A stretch of 64,000 nucleotides of DNA. It comes from Octopus sinensis. Lineage: Eukaryota. Position numbers and translations under genes: made by a program. Below are positions 25,336 through 55,100 of this stretch, piece by piece. Position 1 is the stretch's first letter. Each line of letters opens with the position of its first letter. The DNA lies in contig NC_043002.1 in NCBI RefSeq assembly GCF_006345805.1, positions 25,730,001 through 25,794,000 of the forward strand, given 5' to 3'. The notes under the pieces are model-generated. The model saw only the letters and a list, made by a program, of their open reading frames with translations, searched no databases and was not told the DNA's origin.

Positions 25336-26566
25336 AGTGGGCTGGTAGAATCGTTAGCATGCCTGACATAATATTTTGCTGCATTTCGTCCGTCTTTACG
25401 TTCTGAGTTCAAATTCCGCCGAGAAAGACTCTGCCTTTCATTCTTTCGGGGGAGGGGGCGATAAAATAAATACCAGTTGAGCACTGGGGTCGATATAATC
25501 GACTTATCCCTCCCACGAAATTGCTGGCCTTGTGCCAAAATTTGAAACCAATATTATGTGTATAAATAAGGCGGCGAGCTGGCCAAATCGTTAGCATAAC
25601 GGGCAAAATGCCAAGCGGCATTACTCCCGGCTCTTTACGTTCTGCGTTCAAATACCACAGAAATTAACTTTGCAGTCGGTGCAATTCCCAACAAGCAGTC
25701 AACAGCCAGCGTTGTCCCTTTGCAAATGGAAAAGAGAGCCACTAAAAGTTGATTGCTGACTGCTTGCAGGCAATTGCATCAACTGACCATCTTTTCTTGA
25801 AACAGCCGTAAGAGTTTCATTCTGCACACCTTCTTCCTTCTCTTTGAGTTTCGGATTTTACCTATGATGTCATCCCTTAACTTATTTCGCAATATCAATA
25901 ATGCGAACTTACCTTATATATATTCCGGGAATATACCAACGTATATCATAATCATTATGAACATTCCTGAACCGATTTTTTATTGATTTCTTGTGGTTTA
26001 AACCTCTTTTATCCATACATGTTGCATAAATATATAAATGGCCAGATATCAGTTGTTTGCCTGTCTCTACTTTTATTCTATTAGGTGGGCTTCTATTGCT
26101 AATAATATTTGTTTAATAAGGCCACTGGTTATTCACGACACACGTGTCTGATTAGATTCTATGTATATCGCTAGCGGAGTTATCGCTGCTATATCCAGAG
26201 GTCGAGGGTCTATCATTGACAAGGCGAAAGAAAGCAGAAATCACGTGACCTGGTAGTCTCGACGTTGGCGATGGTGGTAATTTAGCTCCCGCTAGTGATG
26301 TAAACGAAAGTGCTTATATACATCAAAAATTTACCATAAATTGATCAAGATGATTTGAGTTTGGAGTTGCGTTCACCATGAATTTGTTAATTCCTTAATC
26401 AGTTCATGTGAAGACGTTCGTGGATGTTCAAATTTATAAATATAAATATAAGTAAACGCATATGTGCACATGCACTTCCATATGCACACACTCACACACA
26501 TCAAACACATACACACGCATACATATACATACATTCACACACACATACTGTTTATATATATACTGC

Positions 26567-26597
<31 letters not shown>

Positions 26598-26989
26598 CAT
26601 ACATACATACATACATACATACATACATACAAATAGCAAAAATGGACACGATATGGATAAGTTAAGGAAAAAAATATGCAAAATATTTTGCAAACTAAGA
26701 ACCATAATTAAAATTAACCTTGCCCTTTTGATACCAACCCGCCCAAGACTGTCCTTGGTTCTCTTGAAAGATTCATGTTCTAAAGTGATCTAAATTAAAA
26801 TCTTCCATCAAAATTTCTGTTAATTCCTATTCGAAACACCAGCTTAAAAATGACAAAACTATTTTACTAAATTCTTCATTATTTTCAAAATTAATTGAAA
26901 CAATGCAGTGTATTTTATCAAGAATATGGTAACAAAAGGGTTAATGAAGTTAATTTCCTAGGCATTTAATTGATTCTTATTAGAAGCAA

Positions 26990-27760
26990 ATTTAAACCCA
27001 ACCATGAACCAAATGAAGATACCTCATAGATCAACATAGGCTCTAACCACCCACCATCAATCATCGAAAAAGGGAATAACATTAGTTGGCGTGGTTCCAA
27101 TTTATTCACTGATACTTTCAAAAAGGCTGCCCCATACTACAACGCCGCATTATAAAGGTCAAACTTTAAAGAGTTGCCTAAATTATAGTGAATCAAATGT
27201 AGATTGATCAATATCACGTAGGGAAAGGAAAAGTTTATGGTACAATCCATCATATAAAATGAATGTCGCCACGAACATAGCTAAAAAATTCCTAAAACTC
27301 ATAGATAACCATTTCCCTCACTAACATAAATACTACAAAATTTCCAATAGAAATACAGTCAAAGTTAGTTATAGTTGCCTCACCAATATAGGGTCAATTA
27401 TTTTCAACCACAATAAAAATAACAACATTAGGAACATTTCCCCAAAGCCCCTGTAACTGTGGATCTCCGGAAAGCTGTCCACTGAACAATAGGTGATTGG
27501 AAAAAGAATTAATGCACAGGGCCAGCGTTACGAATTTGAACGGAAAAACAAAAACATACATTAGAATAACGGGAAACACTTTCAAAGACAGATATACTCA
27601 GCTTCGTTCAGAGATAAAAACTAAGGACATATGGTATGGACACTTAAAGAGATAGGAGTGAAAAACCCTCATAAACTGGAGCATTATAGCTAAGAAGAGC
27701 AAATACAGAGGACGGGGCAGCAAATGTGAGCTCTGTATTACCGAAAAACTAAATATATAA
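26990..27760 (+). mobile_element. Degenerate Penelope-like element: RT C-terminus/linker plus GIY-YIG endonuclease
   Basis: [73 protein letters not shown] and CELCITEKL follow PLE motif order; contains stops and frameshifts. Confidence 0.85.
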
Positions 27761-27764
27761 GATC

Positions 27765-27990
27765 AACAGTGAATGCTTGAAACATTCGGCAGCAGAGGCA
27801 ACTCCTCATGAAGACCGGTCACAACATGCTGGGCTGTGCAAACTACGACCCAGACATCATGAAAACCATTATCCCTGGTGATGAGACATGGGTGTATGGT
27901 CTCTGCTCGATGCGTTTGGTCATCTTGCGTGAAAACGAAATTCTGTCGAGCACTCACTAAACATTTGTACTCTGGGCGTAACAGCCAGAG
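27765..27990 (+). mobile_element. mariner fragment
   Basis: MKTIIPGDETWVYG matches the mariner I(I/V)TGDETW.Y motif. Confidence 0.65.
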
Positions 27991-28069
27991 ACTGATGCGG
28001 CCTACTGGCACGAAAATGTTCATGTATGCATAGAAAGGGTGGCGTCACATGTATGTATGTATGTATGTA

Positions 28070-28117
<48 letters not shown>

Positions 28118-30084
28118 TGTGTTTGCCCCCACCCCAACATCGCTTTAGAAACGATGCTGGTGTGTTTACGTCCCCGTAACTTAGTGATTCGTCAAAAGAG
28201 ACCGATAGAATAAGTACTAGGCTTACAAAGAATAAGTCCTGGGGTCGATGTGCTCGACTAAAGGTGGTGCTCCAGCATGGCCATAGTCAAATGACTGAAA
28301 CAAGTAAAAGAGAAGGTTACAGAAACTATCAGCCAATTCTGCGGAGCCATCTGGGTATCTGAGAGTTTATTTCATGGATGTTTTTACTGCTAACTATTTC
28401 CTGTGTATCTGTCACATATATCATTCTTCACAGTTAATCTGCCTGGGATCTCACTGCATCTCTTAAGTATACAAACTAAAATTCCGTACCATATATTTAC
28501 TGCATATCGAGCATGATACTAAATGACCTTGGATGGCCATGCAGTTCTGTACTACTCTTTGCTAAGATCTTATGTTTATATCACTTGCTGCTACATATCA
28601 GAAAAATATACAAATACCGTTGAGAAAAGTTGTTGCTTTCATATAAAGACACTGTGGTATTTGTTTCTCTGTGTCAGACAATCTCATGTCAATCTGTCCA
28701 TCACAGATGCAATGAACCAGTGAGTGGTCTGTCGGACACCTGTAACCAACGATGCTAGTGTTCACAAATTATAATATAAAATGTATAATACGTTCAGTTA
28801 GACCTCTGACAGAAGTTTAATCATGTATATGTACAGTTTTTTTTTTGTGGATGCACATGGCCTAGTGGTTAGAGCAGCGGATTCGCGGTCGAAGGATCGC
28901 AGGTTTCGAATCTCAGACTGAATGATGTGTATGTTTATGAGCGAAACGCCTAAGCTCCACGCGGCTCCGGCAGAAGGTAATAGCGAACTTCTGCTGACTC
29001 TTTCGCCACAACTTTCTCTCACTCTTTCCTCCTGTATCTTGCAGCTCACCTGCGACGGACCGGCGTCTCGTCCATGTGGGGAACCTATACGCCAAGGAAA
29101 CTGAAAAACCGGCCCTAATGAGCCAGGCATGGCTCGAGAAGGAACAACCATGTACAGTTTTTTACTTCTTTACTGTACTATACAGTATCAAATATTTTTC
29201 TTATATTTTCTGGGTCTGGAGAAAGGCACAATGCTTATGATGGTCAAAGGCCCTCCTAAGCTAGTAAGATTTATGCCATTAAGATTTCGCTAAAAGGCGG
29301 CGAACTGGCAGAATCGTTTGTGTGTCTGACAAAATGCCTGGTCGGCATTTCTTCCGGCCCTGCACGTTCTGAGTTCAATTGCCACCGAGGCCGACATCGT
29401 TTTTAATTCTTTCAGAATCTATAGAATAAGTACCAGTTAAGCACTGGGGTCGATGAATTCGACTGCTTCTCTCCTCAAAATTGCTGGGATTATGCAAAAA
29501 TTAGAAAGAACTTCTTCATAAGTCAACACCTGTGAGAAAGATATGAGCTGGGAAGAAATTCCAGAGTGTTGATATTTAGTGATGGAAAGGCTGGGTGGAG
29601 TGATTAATGCAGGGCCTAGGGAGGAAGATGGACGCAATAAGGTTATAGAGAGACGGGTGTGTCATAAATGCTTGAGTAGAAGCGGCATAAGCCCAGCCAA
29701 CTCTGAATCGTTGCGACAATCATATTAGCGGTAGAAAAAGTAGTCTGTTTATAAGCTAGAAATCCCACTTTCACAGTATCAGCGCTTGCGTTTATTCCTG
29801 TACCTTTTGCTCCAAATCTGGAAATGAAGGAAAGATAACACCAGAGAGAGGCAGAGAGTGTCGTTAAAAGTTCTCATACTTCACACAATCTCAAAATGCT
29901 GTTTGTCTTGGGGTTTCTTTCCCCAAACTCCTACTGTCTCTGTCTCTAGTCAGCTACTGAAAATAAAAGGTATCTTGGCAACAGTGTGTGATCGCGCTAA
30001 CCCCATAATTGAAGGGAGATGACTATTCACCATAGAATACCAGTAGTTTGCAAGACAAACAGTCCAGTATTATCGACAATTCAT

Positions 30085-30486
30085 AGGATCTTTTCGGTTT
30101 GAACGGCAGTTTTTAACATAATTTCTAGGTAACTAAAAAAATTTTTAACTTCGTATACTGGTAGAATGTGTTTATAAAACATCTTTTTCTCTTGGCTTTA
30201 TTGAGAAAATTCTATGGTTTGTAAGATATTTGTTGTTTTTTTCTTCAATTTCTGCAATATTAACCAGTCAATGACGTCCATTGAGGTAAAAAAAACATTC
30301 TGTGCTGTTTGAATATGTCCCTCGTTTAAAAAACAGATTGGGTTTATTTGTGAAGAAAAAAAGATACCCTCCCCCACCCCTAAAACAAGATTGAAATGCA
30401 ATAGATCGATACTAGGGTCATAATTATGGGTGACAATTTCATATGACACCGCTAGAAAAAAATGCAGTTCAAACCGAAAAGATCCC
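30085..30486. mobile_element. MITE with 24-bp terminal inverted repeats; related tandem fragments at about 45905..46200
   Basis: AGGATCTTTTCGGTTTGAACGGCA and TGCAGTTCAAACCGAAAAGATCCC (2 mismatches). Confidence 0.75.
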
Positions 30487-30959
30487 AATTTATGTCACAT
30501 GTACCGCCATAATACCAGAGTTGTCTCCCTTACACATTTTGATCAGCTCAATTGTGCTTTGATTTTCATGCAAGTTAATATTACGAAGACAATAGATTAT
30601 ACTCAACTTCACTCACCTCCTAGTGCTCATTGCGCCAGTGCATCTGCCACATGCAAAGGTTACCTTCTCTGTAAACCTGTATGTGATACCTCTGTATCTC
30701 TTGTGTGCTCAGTTTAAACTGGGTAAACATATGGAGTTTATACTTGCTCCTTTCTGTATATTGACCAAGGCCAGTTCATTCATGATACTGGGGTCTTGTA
30801 TTCTTTCCAATTTACTAGCACTTGAGCCTTTGCTTAATTTACCTTGTGGTATCTAGATTCTAAGTTTAGCTTCCATGCTCAAGTCATAACCATGTGTTAC
30901 CTGAGTAAGTAAAGATTTTCTCTATAGCATTTCCCTTCTTTACCCACTAACACCATTCG

Positions 30960-31295
30960 AGCGTGATCGTTGTCGCCTTACTGGCACATGAAAAACATTC
31001 GAGCGAGGTCGTCGCCAGAGCCGCTGGACTGGCTCCTGTGCAGGTGGCACATAAAAAGCACCATTTGAGCATGGCCGTTGCCAGTACCACCGGACTGGCC
31101 CTCATGCCAGTGGCACGTAAAAACACCCACTACACTCTCGGAGTGGTTGGCGTTAGGAAGGGCATCCAGCTGTAGAAACTCTGCCAGATCAGAGTGGAGT
31201 CTGGTGTAGCCATCTGGTTCGCCAGACCTCAGTCAAATCGTCCAACCCATGCTAGCATGGAAAGCAGACGTTAAACGATGATGATGATGATGATA
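30960..31295 (+). mobile_element. SINE or LINE 3'-tail repeat (GGAAGGGCATCCAGCTGTAGAAAC...GACGTTAAACGATGATGATG); other copies about 32320 (-), 34710 (+), 41630 (+)
   Basis: Recurrent body ending in a (GAT)n tail; RTE-like tail is an inference. Confidence 0.7.
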
Positions 31296-34200
31296 CAGTA
31301 TCCACTAACGATAAAAACTATATAACTGTCTATGTATCTTACTTCTGTATCCACTAGTGAATGATAAAAGCTACATAGAGATGTCTATTGTATTTTATGA
31401 TAGAAACTTTATAGAGTTGTCTATTGCATCTCTCTATTTAATGATAGAAGCTATATAGAAGAGTTCTCTACAAGTCTGTTGCTTGTAGGTGATAGACTGG
31501 CAGAGTTATCAGAGCATCAAACGAAATAGTTAGTGGTATTTGTTTCAGCTTCTTGGATTTAGAATTAAAGCCCCACTGATTTCAGCTTTGTCTTTCATCT
31601 TTCTGGGCTTGGCAAATGAAAGTGCTTGTGTAGGACTTGTTAGAACATTAAATGGGTTGCCTTGTGGTATTTGTCTCAGCTCTTTGTGTCTTGGGTTCAA
31701 ATCTTGCTTTCATCTAGTTGGGTGGTAGACTTGATCTGTCACCTGGTCCTTGGGTGCATTTAAAAGGGTCCACTTTGCTGTAAGCATTTGAGCCAGTTCG
31801 GTAGTTTGATGATACCTTCCTTCCCACCAGGTTAGACTTTGTAAGGGGTCATGTGTACTGGGCTTTTCTAAGTGATAAAGTAAGTATTCCTGACGATAAT
31901 CTTTTATTCTTTTACTTGTTTCAGTCATTAGACTGCAGTCATGCTGGAGCACTGCCTTGAAGGGTTTTAGTCAAACAAATCGACCCCAGGACTTATCATT
32001 TTAAAGCCCAGTACTTATTCTATTGTTCTCTTTGGCTAAACTGCTAAGTTACAGGGACATAAACACACCAACACCAGTTATCAAGTAGTGGTGAGGGACA
32101 AAAACATACACATAACAAATTTCTTTCAGTTTCCGCCTACCAAATCCACTCACAAGGCTTCGGTTGGCCTGAGGCTATAGCAGAAGACACTTGCCCAAGG
32201 TGCTACGCAGTGGGACTGAAACTAGAACCATATGGTTGGGAAGCAAGCTTCTTACCACACAGCCACGCCTGTGCCTATAATGGCCACATATATTACTTGT
32301 CATATCTGTCATATCATCATCATCATTGTTTAACGTCCGCTTTCCATGCTAGTATGGGTTGGACGATTTGACTGAGGGCTGGCAAACCAGATGGCTGCAC
32401 TAGGCTCCAATCTTGACCTGGCAGAGTTTCTACAGCTGGATGCCCTTCCTAACGCCATCTGTATATAAAGAATGTGTAAGGTATACTTCTTTTCTGTTTT
32501 ATTGGTGTAAAAATATGTTTGACTTATCAGTAAATCTGTCTTTTTCATTGTATGCCAGACTGATCAGCTCTATTTGCTGCCATCATAGTTCCATCCATTT
32601 ACTTACTCTTTATAAATATCCTCATAATATTTTGAAATGATCAGAAAGTAAAAGAATCATTAAAATGAAAAGACATGAAAACAATTTGTGAAAAGAAGCA
32701 ACTTTTATTCTTTTAATTTGTAAAAAAAAGAAAAGAAAACTAATAAATTAACATCTATTTTATTCCTCACACATCAGTCAAATGATATACCTGATGATTT
32801 CCACTATAAAATTTGGCTGGTAGAATAATCAACCAGCTACAAGGTTAGTACCAGGTTTAGGCTACAGACGAAAGCTTTCAGGTTCTGAATTGACTTCCAG
32901 TTTCAGACTAAAAACAGAAGTCCTTTCATAAAACCTGAAAACTCTCTAAATATGATCTGAAAGATCTTAGTTGCATAGTGCCATCTTTAAACTAGAGACT
33001 GAACAACATCAAGTTATGATTCTAACTTCAGTGCTAACGAATGAAAACATTCAAACTGGTTTCTAAGGATTCTTAAGATGGAGTTGAACCACAAACTATA
33101 TGATGTATATTCTAAAAAAAAAAATAAAAAAAAAAAACTGGTTTCAAGGGTGTATAGGGTCTATGCATGTGATCTAAATCCTAAGTATGGGTCTGACTAG
33201 AAATTAGAAATTGAATGTTCTTAACATCCTACCAACAGTTTGTGACTAATTTAACTGCTGGCAGTGAAGTTTTAAAAGTAGATAAAAATCATTGGGGTAC
33301 AAGAATACCCACATAAACTAAAAAGTGTCCTAGTTTTCAAGAATTAGAGAACAAAAGCTCTCAAGACTAACTTTGAATTGTAGCAAAGTCTTAAATTTTT
33401 TTTAAGATTCCAGTCAGTAGGTTTCCATAAAATACTAGTTTCCAGGGTATATTTCAAAATGGTTTTCAAGGATTCCAGATAAGAATTCACAAACAGTACT
33501 CCACATAGTGGGTTTCAAAAAGAATCCCTAATTTGTTAAGACAAGAATATCGGTTGAGATAGTTCATTTTGAACAGTAAAAGTCACAAGGCTCACAGGGA
33601 GGGATTTAAAACCTCTAATTTATGGATCAAAACCTTAGATGGACAGTGGACAAAACCTTGATTTCATGTGTTCCACTAATCCTCATACCTGATATGTCTT
33701 GATAACTTGGCTGTGCTGGTAACTATCCCTGATACACAGTTCTTTAAACCATATTTTCAGTAAGATCAATAGAAAATTTGTGTAGCAAAAATATTAAATG
33801 ATTTCTGTATCACATATATGCTTTCAGCATCATCAAACAACACTATGCCATTTGGTATTAGACAACAGTGAAGCTGATGCAGTGATGACACTGTAAAAAC
33901 TGATGGTGTCTGTGTATGTGTGTGCTCAATGAATTGTAAGTGTGTTTGTGTGTCAGACATGAAGGAGAGACACAGTGAGAAAGCAAAATATTAATAATAT
34001 AAAGAAACATGGAGAGAGAAGGAGATTTAGTAAATATTGGTTTCAAATTCTGACACAAGGTCAACTATTTCAGGGGAGGAACTAAGTCAATTACATTGAC
34101 TCCAGTATGTAACTGGTACTTATTTTACTGACCTCGAAAGGATGAAAGGCAAAGTTAACCTCTGTGGAATTTGAACTCAGAAAGGTAGACAAAATGCTGC

Positions 34201-34448
34201 TCTGCATTTTTCCTGGCATACTAACAATTCTGCCAGTTTGTCACCTTAGAATTAGTAAATATTAATAATATAAAAAAAATCAAAGAGGGAAGGTGGGAGA
34301 AAAATAAAAGAGGGAAGAGAAAAAGAAAGGAAGAGCAAATTATAATATAAAGAAAGAAGAGAGAAAGAGCTTGATTTGAAAAGGATAGCTCAGTTATGAG
34401 AAATGAAACACCACTCAATGAAACAAAGTGGGGTGGTGATGGTAGAAC

Positions 34449-51173
<16,725 letters not shown>

Positions 51174-51765
51174 GTTGTTGATCAGACTAGAATTACTTTC
51201 CTTTCAATAGAGAGTTCCGCACTAATCAGTCAGATGTTTTCCTTCATTTAAAGAGGTGCACAATAATCAAAGATAATCGATCAATAATATATTTATGTTT
51301 TTTTTGTTGTTTTTGTTTAAAGGCCGGGATTGATGGAATCAGAACTAATTAAGTATCGAGGTTGATTTAATCTAATATATAATGATCTTTATCACCCGAA
51401 ACGCACAAAAAAAAAAAAAACATATTTTGTCGTTGTTATTAAGAATCTTGTCTTATACTTCCATTCACATCAGGATGAATTATAAAAACGATTTGATTGA
51501 CACTTTATGCTGTCAGCATAAAGGTAAAGCTGACCTCTGCGGGATTTGAGCTTAGAATTCAAAGGTGGGAGAATTTGCCAAGTCGTCAGAGTGTCCGTTC
51601 TCGTCATGTCCTATTCGGGTGATCCCCCGATTTAACTACATCACTCTATGGCCGTGTTTCCAGTTTGAAGATACATTCTTTCCTCCCTTCTAGCAACTTC
51701 GCAGACACTCGAACTGGTCTTGGGCACTACTTTCCCACCTGACTGAAAAAAAAAAAAAAAAAATA

Positions 51766-52160
51766 AGGAGTGGCTGTGTGGTGAGTAGCTTGCTAACCAA
51801 CCACATGGTTCTGGGTTCAGTCCCACTGCGTGGCATCTTGGGCAAGTGTCTTCTGCTATAGCCTCGGGCCGACCAATGCCTTGTGAGTGGATTTGGTAGA
51901 CGGAAACTGAAAGAAGCCTGTCGTATATATGTATACATATGTATGTATGTGTATATGTTTGTGTATCTGTGTTTGTCCCCCCTACCATCGCTTGACAACC
52001 GATGCTGGTGTGTTTACGTCCCCGTCACTTAGCGGTTTGGCACAAAGAGACCGATAGAATAAGTACTGGGCTTACAAAGAATAAGTCTCGGGGTCGATTT
52101 GCTCGACTAAAGGTGGTGCTCCAGCATGGCCACAGTCAAATGACTGAAACAAGTAAAAAG
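51766..52160 (+). mobile_element. tRNA-derived SINE (family C) with internal (TA/TG)n; other copies about 31910 (-), 38270 (-), 40650 (-), 42170 (+), 59955 (+)
   Basis: Head GGAGTGGCTGTGTGGT...GGGTTCAGTCCC, body CTTGGGCAAGTGTCTTCT, tail CAAATGACTGAAACAAGTAAAA shared among copies. Confidence 0.88.
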
Positions 52161-55100
52161 AGAGTAAATATATCGCCAATATTTTGTTCGGCGTTCCACC
52201 GATTCTATCAATACCTTGTGTGAGTTATCGGGTTGCAACTTTGTAAAAAGTAACAATTGATTAACTCCACCTCAGACTCTCATTATAGGAGTGGGTTGGT
52301 AGAGTACAATAAAATTTACTGCATTTTTGACTGGGAAAAAAAAAATGTTTTTACAAATGTTCACTACCTTATAAAATCTATATCAGCTAAGCAAATGATC
52401 TTCACTAACTGTATTAAAAACACTATAACAATCTTCATGCTATTTCAGAAAATTATCTCCATTCTCTTTGAGCATATAAAAAGACAAATTTAGGTGCGGC
52501 AAAATGAGTAAACCAAAATAAAGTAAATTTGCTTCTCCAGTTCTCCAAAATTATATTTGAGAAATGATTCATACACATCAATATCCATCCTTAGACTTCA
52601 GCAAGATCAGAAATGCAATAAAAGTTAAAAATATCTTAATCAAATTGAAAGAGGATCATGGAAAAATGACATGATTTGAAATTGAAGGAATTCAACTAAA
52701 TCTAAAAATTCAACATAAAATATTCTCTATACCCTCTTCATGATTTGCTGGAGTGACACTCTTCATGAAATATTTACGCACCAAACAGTTAAAAAAAGAA
52801 ATTATCGAAATTACTTGCTACTCAAAATTGAAAATGATCAAAATAGACATTAGTGTGAGAAAAAATGACTTAGAAGCCAACAGAGGAAAGAATATTAATT
52901 GTTAAACACCAAAAATTATCCAGATATTTTATTAGCGACCTTGACATTTAAAAACCTTGTAATAACATGTTATAAAATGGTCACTAAATTTCAGAATTTT
53001 GAAAGTTTAACGTGTTTGTCTTAAAAAATCATATTTCTTTAATATCTAATGATACAGCACTCTATTTTACAACACACAAAATATTTGCCACACATAGGGA
53101 CAAGACTTCAAACTATGGGTAGAAGGTTAGTCCATACTATTGACCCACTACTTCATTGAAATTATATTTTATCCACTCCGAAAAGATGAAAGGCAAAGTT
53201 GATCTTGGTGGGATATGAATTCAGAACTCAAAGAGGCAGAACAATTACCACAAATATTTTTGTTCAACACTCTAATGATTCTGTCAATCTATCACCCTAT
53301 TTACAATCTATAAATTGATTTCAAATTTCGGTACAAGGCCAGCAATTTCGGGGGAGGGGTAAGTCAATTACATTGACCCCAGTGTTCAACGGGATTGGTA
53401 CTTATTTCATCAACCTTGAAAGGATGAAATGTAAAATCAACCTCAGCGGAATTTGAACTCAGAACGTGAAGACAGATGAAATGCCTTTAAGCATTTTGCT
53501 TGGCATGCTAACGATTCTTCCAACTCACCGCCTTCATTTACAGTCCATAGATTCAAATTCATTTACAAATTAACTAATCAGAAAATCATCATTAGGCTGT
53601 TAATCAATATGAATTTATATAAAATTAAAATGCATTTAAGCATGTGACACTCTGGTAACAAGATGATTATTTAAAGAAGTAAAGTTTCAACACGATACGC
53701 TGTACAAAGAAGGTTTGTCATCATGGGTGAAGTGGCTTCCTTGTTTGCTAAAGAAAGTTCCTTTTTTATATCAAGAAGTTACTTTTTCTTATATCAAATA
53801 CACAGAAAAGTAAAGCCAATCTGACAAGTGCAGAATCTAAGAAAATGTTACCAAGCTAAAATCTACAAAGTGTCTAGTTTATGTGAACTCTAATACTCAT
53901 AGATTGCACGTATGTGATAACTATTGGGACATTTGCCATAGTTTTTCTAAGGTTTAGTTGGAGAAGGAAGGGCAACATGACTGACCTTTTACAGGGTCTC
54001 TGAAACAAGTGAGTGGTAGTTATACTCAGATCGAAGATCTGCTTCGAATGCTCGCAATAGTTAAAGGCACCTAAAGACCAGGTGTTAAACTGGGTGATAG
54101 GTTAAATGTATCTTCCCAATTTAGGAATGGTCTATACATCTGGCTTTTAAATTTCACCCACAAAGTGTTGGTTGAGTCTGAGGCTATGGTAAAAGACTTC
54201 TGTCAAAGATGATGTGTACTGCGATTGAAATGGAAGCCATGTAGTTGCAAAGGAAACTTCTAAACTACTTTGTGAATATTCCCATGAACTTACACTTTGT
54301 ATAATTTTATATTTTACTTATTTCTCTTCATCTTGTGGATATTTTTTCTTTTGTTAAGTTTTCTTTTGTTTTTTTATTTTAATATAAAATCCTCCGTTTG
54401 CAATCTGCTTTAGTAATTTCCTGTTTGCATTCTATGTTCAAGTACCGCATAAGCCAAATTTGGCTTTCATCCTTCCACAGGCTATAAAATAAAGTACCAT
54501 CAAAGTACTAGGATTGATATATTCGATTGTCCTCTTCTAATTTAGAGGCCTTGTGCTCATGTAAGAAATAATTATTATTCAATTCTAGACAGATGTGTGC
54601 AGTTTGAGCAGTACATTGTCTTATTTTAAGGGAGTAGCAGTGAATTTGTGACTTTAACGACTTTTTTGATGGCCTGTTGCAGTTCTTGGCAGAAGAGGAG
54701 AATGAAAATCTGATTACAGCGAGTGGTTTTGTGAAGGAGAAATCATTTGATTTGGATGGAATCTAGCAAACGTGCTTTGTGGAAACATGACAGGCTTTTC
54801 AAGCTTCTCTTGGAATACACCTAAAACAACTGGATGTGTGTGGTGTTGCTACTGAGGAAGGACAAAGAGTGGGGAATCATCGATAATTTCTGACCCGTAG
54901 CTCTACTTAGTCTATGGTTTTGGTCAAGGTGTCGAGGAAAAGCTTGGCTTTTGTCATCAGGAGCATGGAGACTTGTGTGATTCTCAACAAATCTGTCCAC
55001 TGCACCATCCTTCTGATCCAATACATTTTAGAGAAGGAGACTAATAAAACTGAGTTTGGTGGTAAGTTAATCAGCCTGGATCAATTAAAAGTTTTCAATT

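Noticed and set aside
51560-51730. Possible divergent gene start upstream of PGGT1B
   Set aside because: No convincing ORF, splice donor or downstream exons found.
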